Source of the DNA: an uncultured Spirochaetota bacterium
Lineage (GTDB): Bacteria; Spirochaetota; Spirochaetia; SZUA-6; Fen-1364
Reading direction: 5' to 3'
Assembly: GCA_963820525.1 (NCBI GenBank)
Contig: CAWGAA010000001.1
Span: 1,184,001 to 1,248,000, forward strand
DNA: 64,000 nucleotides
The translations under genes were made by a program, and so were the position numbers. Of the stretch, positions 57,808 through 64,000 are shown in pieces. The notes under the pieces were generated by a model that ran no database searches, was not told the origin of the DNA, and saw only the letters and a program-made list of their open reading frames with translations. Position 1 is the stretch's first letter, and the number at the start of each line of letters is the position of its first letter.

Positions 57808-58911
57808 ATGCAGGGAAGGACGATCTCCAAACTTTCATTTCTCGACCGTTTTCTGACTCTCTGGATCTTTCTCGCCATGGCGGTGGGGGTGGGAATCGGA
57901 TACCTGGTTCCCGGGGTCGAGCCGTTCATGAACAAGTTCCAGGCAGGCACGACCAATATCCCCATTGCGATTGGGCTTATCCTGATGATGTATCCTGTTC
58001 TGGCCAAGGTGCGCTATGAGGCGTTCGCAACGGTGTTCCGCCATGGGAAAACCCTCGCACTCTCCCTGATCGCCAACTGGATCGTCGGGCCCATTGTGAT
58101 GTTCACGCTCGCCATGCTCTTCCTTCACGGACATCAGGAGTATGCCATCGGCCTGATCCTGGTCGGGCTTGCGCGCTGTATCGCCATGGTGCTCGTATGG
58201 AACGATCTTGCCAAGGCTGACAGGGACCTCGTGGCCGGGTTGGTCGCTTTCAACGCGGTCTTCCAGGTGCTGTTCTACAGCGTCTACGCGTGGATCTTCG
58301 TCACGCTTCTGCCGCCGATTTTCGGCATGAAGGGAAGCACCGTCGATGTGCGTATGGCCAAGATCGCCAAGAGCGTGTTCATCTACCTGGGCATACCTTT
58401 CCTTGGGGGGATCGTCACGAGATTCGCTCTCATGGGATTGAAAGGACGCGACTGGTACGAAAAATCCTTCATTCCGAAGATCGCTCCGGTGACACTGGTG
58501 GCCCTTCTCTTTACGATTGTTGTCATGTTCTCCCTCAAGGGAAACCTGATCATCCAGCTTCCGCTCGATGTGGTGCGCATCGCGGTGCCGCTTGCGCTGT
58601 ATTTCGCGATCATGTTTATCGTCACTTTTTTCATTTCGCGGAGGATCGGATCCCCATACAAGCCGACCGCCACCGTAGCGCTCACCGCGGCGAGCAATGA
58701 TTTCGAGCTGGCGATCGCCGTGGCTGTCGCGGTGTTCGGAATCGGCTCCGGTGTGGCTTTTGCTGCGGTCATCGGTCCGCTGGTGGAAGTTCCTGTCATG
58801 TTGGGGCTGGTCAACGTTTCCCTCTGGTTCAGGCGGAAGCTCTTCGCAGACGATGGCGAGATGCCGGAAGCTGCGCCTGCCCCCCGACAATCCACGATGC
58901 GCCGCCCCTGA
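57808..58911 (+). CDS. acr3: ACR3 arsenite efflux transporter
   Basis: [39 protein letters not shown]. Confidence 0.95.
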   Translation: MQGRTISKLSFLDRFLTLWIFLAMAVGVGIGYLVPGVEPFMNKFQAGTTNIPIAIGLILMMYPVLAKVRYEAFATVFRHGKTLALSLIANWIVGPIVMFTLAMLFLHGHQEYAIGLILVGLARCIAMVLVWNDLAKADRDLVAGLVAFNAVFQVLFYSVYAWIFVTLLPPIFGMKGSTVDVRMAKIAKSVFIYLGIPFLGGIVTRFALMGLKGRDWYEKSFIPKIAPVTLVALLFTIVVMFSLKGNLIIQLPLDVVRIAVPLALYFAIMFIVTFFISRRIGSPYKPTATVALTAASNDFELAIAVAVAVFGIGSGVAFAAVIGPLVEVPVMLGLVNVSLWFRRKLFADDGEMPEAAPAPRQSTMRRP

Positions 58912-58935
58912 TGTCTCGGTGGATGCCTGGAGCGC

Positions 58936-59268
58936 ATGATGATAAAGACCACGATACAGGCAGGCATATGCGGCTTCACAACCACGGTGTTAGCTTGCTC
59001 GGAGGACATGCAGAACGTGACCCTCCAGATCACGAGTACCTGCGACAAGATCCGCGGGCTTGCCGCCGATCTCGGGATAGTTTACGCCTACCAGGAGATT
59101 GGCAATGGCTTCGACGGGACGGTTCACAAGGCGGTCCGGAAGCACTTGAATGGATGCTGTTCGGGCTGCGTTGTGCCGAGCGGTATCTTCAAGACCATGC
59201 AGGTCGCGGGCGGTGTCGCGCTCCCCACCCCTGTCTCATTCACGATCGAAAAGACGGAAAATGTGTGA
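58936..59268 (+). CDS. Cys-rich conserved hypothetical protein (DUF6951-like)
   Basis: GICGF.T, STC, CC.GC.VP, VA.G.ALP. Confidence 0.55.
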   Translation: MMIKTTIQAGICGFTTTVLACSEDMQNVTLQITSTCDKIRGLAADLGIVYAYQEIGNGFDGTVHKAVRKHLNGCCSGCVVPSGIFKTMQVAGGVALPTPVSFTIEKTENV

Positions 59269-59277
59269 GGCGATGAA

Positions 59278-59781
59278 ATGGAATCAAACGCACAAGAGGA
59301 GAAGCAAAAGAGACATTCACCGATACGCCTGATCGTTTCGGTGATTCTCCTCGCCTTCGTCGGGGTGAGCGTGGGCTACCTCATCTGGACCCAATTCAGG
59401 CCACGCAGCAACGTTGCGGAGGTGAAAGGCGAGATCCCTCCAATGACGAGGGTCACGGTCTACTACTTCTACACCAATATCCGCTGTGCCTCCTGCAGGC
59501 GGATCGAGGCGTGGACGCGCGATACCCTCCAAGCGGCATTTCCAACCGAGCTTGCCAATGGCAGCGTCCAGTGGAAACCCATCAACGTAGAGGAACGCGG
59601 CAACGATCACTTCATCAAGGATTTCTCCTTGAGGGCGAAAACCGTCGTTGTCTGCCGAATCGTGAACGGAAAGACCGTGGAATGGAAGGACATGATCGAT
59701 GTGTGGATGTTTCTCTCCGACAATCCCCGATTCTCGCGGCTTATCTCTGATAAAGTACGTGAGTACCTCCAGAAGAGCTAG
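59278..59781 (+). CDS. ArsF-like membrane-anchored thioredoxin-fold protein
   Basis: N-terminal TM; YYF....RCASC..IE, N.H. Confidence 0.7.
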   Translation: MESNAQEEKQKRHSPIRLIVSVILLAFVGVSVGYLIWTQFRPRSNVAEVKGEIPPMTRVTVYYFYTNIRCASCRRIEAWTRDTLQAAFPTELANGSVQWKPINVEERGNDHFIKDFSLRAKTVVVCRIVNGKTVEWKDMIDVWMFLSDNPRFSRLISDKVREYLQKS

Positions 59782-59783
59782 GC

Positions 59784-60476
59784 ATGGATGTATTTCTCTC
59801 ATCGGCAACGGCTCTCTGGCTGGGAGTTCTCACCTCGATCAGCCCCTGCCCGCTCGCCTCCAACATAGCAGCGGTCTCCTGGCTTGGCACGCGAGGCGGA
59901 CGCATTAAGGGGGCCGTAGCGGCCGGCTTGCTGTACACGGCAGGCCGCGTGGCCGCTTACGTAACACTCGGGGTCATTCTCGCCACCGGTGCGCTTGCAC
60001 TTCCTGCCGTGTCGCAATTCCTTCAGAAGTACGGCACGCGCATCCTCGGACCTCTTCTCGTGCTGATAGGAGTATTCGTATTGGAGTTGATTCGGTTTCC
60101 CCTCCCGCGGGGCGGGGATTTGGCGGCCGCGGTGGCCGAACGCGCCAGAAATCTCGGGACCGCACGCGCAATGCTTCTCGGCTTCCTCTTCGCGCTCTCC
60201 TTCTGCCCTGTTTCCGCGGCATTGTTCTTCGGAAGCCTTGTTCCACTGGCCATCCAGCAACGTTCGCCGATTCTTGCCCCGGCCATGTATGGCATCGGAA
60301 CAGGGCTGCCAGTCGTCCTTGCCTCTTTCCTTCTTTCGCTGGCGGGCAGCAGGATCAGCGAGCGGCTCGCGCGGATCACCCGCTTCGAACTCTGGGCCCG
60401 TCGGGTGACGGGCGTGATTTTCGTGGGAACGGGAATGTATCTCAGCCTGAAATACATCTTTCTCCTCATCCCTTGA
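59784..60476 (+). CDS. ArsG-like CcdA/DsbD-type membrane protein
   Basis: LG.LTSISPCPLA.N, LSFCP.SAALFFG. Confidence 0.75.
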   Translation: MDVFLSSATALWLGVLTSISPCPLASNIAAVSWLGTRGGRIKGAVAAGLLYTAGRVAAYVTLGVILATGALALPAVSQFLQKYGTRILGPLLVLIGVFVLELIRFPLPRGGDLAAAVAERARNLGTARAMLLGFLFALSFCPVSAALFFGSLVPLAIQQRSPILAPAMYGIGTGLPVVLASFLLSLAGSRISERLARITRFELWARRVTGVIFVGTGMYLSLKYIFLLIP

Positions 60477-60496
60477 GACGGAAAGGAGCTCCGCAA

Positions 60497-60982
60497 ATGG
60501 TCACTGGGATCGTATTCTACGCAATCGCGGCTGCACTTCTAGTTCTGTCCTTCGTCAAGGATCGCGCGAAAACACTTCAGGCGCTGAAAAAAGCCTGGAT
60601 GGCATTCGAGAGCATTCTTCCGCAGTTCCTGGGAATCATCGTGCTCGTTGGCATACTCCTCGCGGTGCTCGATCCCCAGAGGATTCAACGAATTCTTGGC
60701 AAATCATCGGGCATTCTGGGGGTCCTCATCGCTTCAATAATCGGGTCGATCACCCTCATACCGGGATTCATCGCTTTTCCCACGGCGGCCATGCTCCTGA
60801 AGGGTGGCGCGGGGTACATGCAGATGGGTGCTTTTATTTCGACCTTGATGATGGTGGGGATTGTCACTCTCCCAGCGGAGATCAGCTACTTCAACAGGCG
60901 AACTGCGCTCCTGCGAAACGCGCTGGCATACCTGTTCTCGCTCCTGGTCGCCTTGGTCATCGGGTTGATTATGGCATTATGA
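60497..60982 (+). CDS. Half-size permease (ArsP/DUF318-related)
   Basis: GSITLIPGFIAFP..A.LL..GA, LMMVG..T.P.E. Confidence 0.7.
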   Translation: MVTGIVFYAIAAALLVLSFVKDRAKTLQALKKAWMAFESILPQFLGIIVLVGILLAVLDPQRIQRILGKSSGILGVLIASIIGSITLIPGFIAFPTAAMLLKGGAGYMQMGAFISTLMMVGIVTLPAEISYFNRRTALLRNALAYLFSLLVALVIGLIMAL

Positions 60983-61539
60983 GGAAAGCACACATGAAAC
61001 CAGCTACGCGGAAAGGCTTGATAAAACGCTATTGGCTTCTAATCGCGGCTGTCGGTTGCGGCCTGGTACTCTGGCTTGTCAGCCGGCAGATGGGCTCGAA
61101 GATGATCAACGTCACCCTCTACAGCCTCAAGGAGATGATCATCGTCATCCCTCCAATCTTCATCATTCTCGGGCTCCTCGACGTCTGGGTCCCCCGTGAA
61201 CAGATGGTGCGTTTCCTAGGCGAAGGTTCGGGCGTGAAGGGAATCTTGCTGGCGATTTTCATCGGCTCGGCGGCCGCGGGCCCCCTGTACGGTGCGTTCC
61301 CCGTTGCCCAGGTATTTCTGAAAAAGGGGGCGAGCTTCCGCAACGTCATGATTCTCCTGGGCGCCTGGTCAACCACCAAGATCCCCCTGCTATTGTTCGA
61401 GCTTGCCAGCATGGGGCTTCGTTTCACCGTAACGCGCTTGATCGTGGACATGGCAGGGATTCTGATTATTGCCCTGCTCATGGAGTGGCTCATCAAGGAG
61501 AAAGACAGAGAAGAGATTCGGACCAAGGTGTGGCGATAG
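60979..61539 (+). CDS. Half-size permease (partner of the previous gene)
   Basis: GLLDVWVP, GS..AGPLYGAFP, GAWSTTKIP. Confidence 0.7.
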   Translation: MRKAHMKPATRKGLIKRYWLLIAAVGCGLVLWLVSRQMGSKMINVTLYSLKEMIIVIPPIFIILGLLDVWVPREQMVRFLGEGSGVKGILLAIFIGSAAAGPLYGAFPVAQVFLKKGASFRNVMILLGAWSTTKIPLLLFELASMGLRFTVTRLIVDMAGILIIALLMEWLIKEKDREEIRTKVWR

Positions 61540-61559
61540 GGATTCCTTCAAGGCACCGA

Positions 61560-61665
61560 TGCACCTGGTGAGCGTCAGCCGGGAGGGGTGGAACGTCTAC
61601 TGCCAGGCCATCAAGCCTGGGGTACTCGACATCATCGATGCGGCGGCACGAATGATCGCAGGCGG
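61560..61665 (+). pseudogene. Possible C-terminal remnant of an ArsR-type winged helix
   Basis: HLVSVSREGWNVYC...PGVLDIIDAA resembles the ArsR wing plus last helix; no HTH upstream. Confidence 0.35.
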
Positions 61666-61846
61666 AAAGAGGAAGACTGGATTGCCCGGCAATTCCCATC
61701 AGCGGGGTTGCGCCTGCCCGAAGCGCAGCTTCGAACGCTCAAGACAGGCCGTGAAAATCAATCTGCCGCGGCACGCGCTAGGAGGATCGCTCCGAGCGGC
61801 AACGTTCTGCAAAATGAAGGCGCATCGGGAGGAAAACGTGTTTGGA

Positions 61847-62172
61847 ATGAAAAAGAAGGTTCATGGCGCGGCCATCCTCATTGCGGCATGTCTGCTCCTG
61901 GTATCATGCACCGGCACCGATATAAATCAGATCGAAATCAGGATGCCTGACTTGAGCAAAATCCCGGACGGAACCTACATCGGAACTCAAACGGTTTTTC
62001 CCGTTCGCGTTAAGGTTTCCGTCACAGTGGCATCCGGCAAGATCACGCGTTTCACGATCTTGAGGCATTTTCCCAGCGATCATGGCTTCAGCTCGATGCC
62101 GTGTCTGGTGCTACTTTCTCAAGCAAAGTGATCCTCAAGGCAGGAGAAAACGCTCTCGAATCCGCCAGGTAA
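61847..62172 (+). pseudogene. FMN-binding lipoprotein with internal deletion and frameshift
   Basis: LVSC lipobox, DGTY.G...V.V.V..GKI; the LQLDAVSGATFSSKVILKA.ENAL flavinylation motif lies in another frame ending TAA 62170-62172. Confidence 0.75.
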
Positions 62173-62229
62173 AAACGATATCACGCTCCGCAGACTCTCT
62201 CGAGGGTCGCGGGGGATGCCCTTCTCTCC

Positions 62230-62469
62230 CTATTGGATGTCCTTGCGTTTCGCCTCGTATTCCTCCTTGCTGATTTCGCCCCTGGCATAACGCTTTTGTA
62301 GAATCTCCAGGGCGGAATCATCTCTCTCCGGCCGGTGACCCTGCCGGACGAGAGAGCGGACAAGAAACACAACTCCGACGATAATTGCGATCCACAGACC
62401 GCCCATCATCGCGGGCCCGATCAGCCAAAACGGGGCTCCATAGCCCCCATGCATCCATCCCCACAACAT
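62230..62469 (-). CDS. SHOCT-domain small membrane protein
   Basis: MMGG TM; ALEIL.KRYARGEISKEEY. Confidence 0.85.
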   Translation of the reverse strand: MLWGWMHGGYGAPFWLIGPAMMGGLWIAIIVGVVFLVRSLVRQGHRPERDDSALEILQKRYARGEISKEEYEAKRKDIQ

Positions 62470-62893
62470 GTCGAACTCCTCCAGGCTTTCATGCCCCATT
62501 GAAAAAGTAACGATATTCCCGACGCAAGAGCACGTTCCATTAGACTCTTTTTTGCCCACAACTGGTGCATGCGGAGCTTTTACCTGCCGCGTCCGGAGAG
62601 AAGCTTCTGTCCCTTTCACTTCTTTCTTACAGGAAATTGATGGTTCTTGCTCGCGCGGCGGCGCCAGTTCAGGATAAACAGGTGCCGTCGACCAAGCGCG
62701 AAGCGAAGGGGGACACGCGATCGACGCGCTTTTCCCTTCGCACAGTTCATCAACGGGAGCCGTACGTGAGAGTGATCACCAGAGCCGAGTGTTCTCGGGC
62801 GCCCGGTGGCGCGGACAGCTCGATCCAGAACAAGCCGCGGCAGGAGATCCTTGACAAACCCTTATGAGAGTGGTTTAAGAAAAGCAGCAGATC

Positions 62894-63082
62894 ATGAAGT
62901 CAATCGAGAATAGAAAGCTCATAAAGAAGGTCGTTTGGGCTTTTTTCATTCTCGTGCCGGCCGCGGCCGCAGCCGCGCAATCGAATGACGATGGACAAAC
63001 ACTCAGAGGGAAGACCAGGGACGCCATCCTGTTGATGACAAATCTGGATTTTGCCGCAGCAGATCGAGCAGGCTCACTGTGA
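62894..63082 (+). CDS. Short secreted hypothetical protein, possibly 3'-truncated
   Basis: Signal-peptide-like N-terminus; TTGACA at 62851 upstream. Confidence 0.35.
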   Translation: MKSIENRKLIKKVVWAFFILVPAAAAAAQSNDDGQTLRGKTRDAILLMTNLDFAAADRAGSL

Positions 63083-63113
63083 ATGCAAGCATGATCGTTG
63101 AGGTAATAGAATC

Positions 63114-64000
63114 ATGAGTGAAATCCACGTTCAGCAAATTCGGGCACACCTGACAAGTTCCTTTCAAGGACTCATCGATGTTGCAGATTGCGTCGGAGAG
63201 CAAACTGAGGCGCGGGAGACACGCTTCTTGACTCGCGCGTTGGCTGCCTTCTCTTTAGTGCACGTGGCTGATATCGAACCGCCCATAGCTGCCACATATG
63301 TCACGGACGGTGGCCGAGACAACGGCGTGGACGCCCTCTACTACGACAATGTAGAAAAGATACTCTACATCGTTCAAGCCAAATGGGATCACGATGGTCG
63401 TGGTAGTCTCCAACGCGGAGAGGTGCAGAAGTTTCTAACGGGCGTCAAGGATCTGGTCAATGCCCGGTTTGACCGCTTCAACCCAAAGGTACGGGCCAAG
63501 GAAGCCGACGTTCGCGCTGAGCTCGAATCCGCTCAAACTCGCTTCGTCTTGGTAGCCGCATATACTGATCAGGAAGCACTAGCTGCTGAGCCTCAACGGG
63601 ATTTCGATGACTTCGTGAAGGAGATGAACGATCCGACAGACGTTCTCCAGTTAAGAATTCTCCATCAGGGAACGCTTCACAGCGCGATCTCGCGTGGAGC
63701 ACGCGGGGCACCGATTCATCTAGAAGTCGTCCTCCAGAATTGGGGTCAAGTGCGTGAGCCTTATCGAGCTTACTACGGTCAGGTCGCTGTCGCAGACGTC
63801 GCGGGATGGTGGGAATCCCACCATCCACGTCTCTTTGCACCTAATCTACGGATGTTCCTTGGGATGACCGATGTGAACCAGAGCCTCCTCGAAACTCTAA
63901 GAAACGATCCAGAGAACTTCTGGTATTTTAACAACGGTATAACTGCTCTCTGCGGGAATATCCAGAAGAAGCCGGTAGGTGGCAGTTCGCGAGACACAGG
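63114..64000 (+). CDS. AIPR family (abortive-infection phage resistance) protein, partial
   Basis: Manual translation: MSEIHVQQI...TDGGRDNGVDA.Y...VQAKW...LFAPNLRMFLG..DVN..L..TL...PENFWYFNNGIT. Open to the window end; not in the ORF track. Confidence 0.85.
   Translation, partial: MSEIHVQQIRAHLTSSFQGLIDVADCVGEQTEARETRFLTRALAAFSLVHVADIEPPIAATYVTDGGRDNGVDALYYDNVEKILYIVQAKWDHDGRGSLQRGEVQKFLTGVKDLVNARFDRFNPKVRAKEADVRAELESAQTRFVLVAAYTDQEALAAEPQRDFDDFVKEMNDPTDVLQLRILHQGTLHSAISRGARGAPIHLEVVLQNWGQVREPYRAYYGQVAVADVAGWWESHHPRLFAPNLRMFLGMTDVNQSLLETLRNDPENFWYFNNGITALCGNIQKKPVGGSSRDT

Noticed and set aside
62703..62742. Long hairpin GCGAAGGG...CCCTTCGC as an attC site or structured RNA
   Set aside because: No RYYYAAC/GTTRRRY ends, no second copy, and no recognisable RNA family

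Overview
GC-rich bacterial DNA. Class I LysRS, a choice-of-anchor-D remnant and a LacI-domain histidine kinase suggest a free-living Spirochaetia-like anaerobe; this is inference only. Bases 1-37 kb are ordinary accessory and housekeeping genes: EamA and MFS transporters, aldo-keto reductases, ALDH, msrB, an ECF sigma/anti-sigma pair, lysS, several sensor kinases, a DPS-like ferritin, arsC, chrA, and a sugar ABC system with a sigma54 two-component pair. Several genes carry single frameshifts or are truncated. Bases ~37.2-61.5 kb form a large arsenic island around two divergent ArsR genes. The rightward arm is an extended ars cluster: USP, ArsP-type permease, thioredoxin, two ferredoxins, an HdrA-N-terminal-like protein, acr3, ArsF/ArsG-like genes and split permeases. 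The leftward arm is the most unusual part. After arsR-arsD-arsA it continues on one strand through a zinc ribbon, a thioredoxin-fold protein, four YlbF-like proteins with C-terminal Cys tails, a stand-alone CoaC/EpiD-family Cys decarboxylase, a minimal SufC-SufB/D Fe-S system and two xanthine-dehydrogenase-family molybdoenzymes. Diverged internal duplications (xdh FAD gene start, 3' sufB/D, permease gene start) show the island is a mosaic of homologous copies. The window ends in a decayed junction and a partial AIPR anti-phage gene. Family assignments come from motif recognition by eye; no searches were run.
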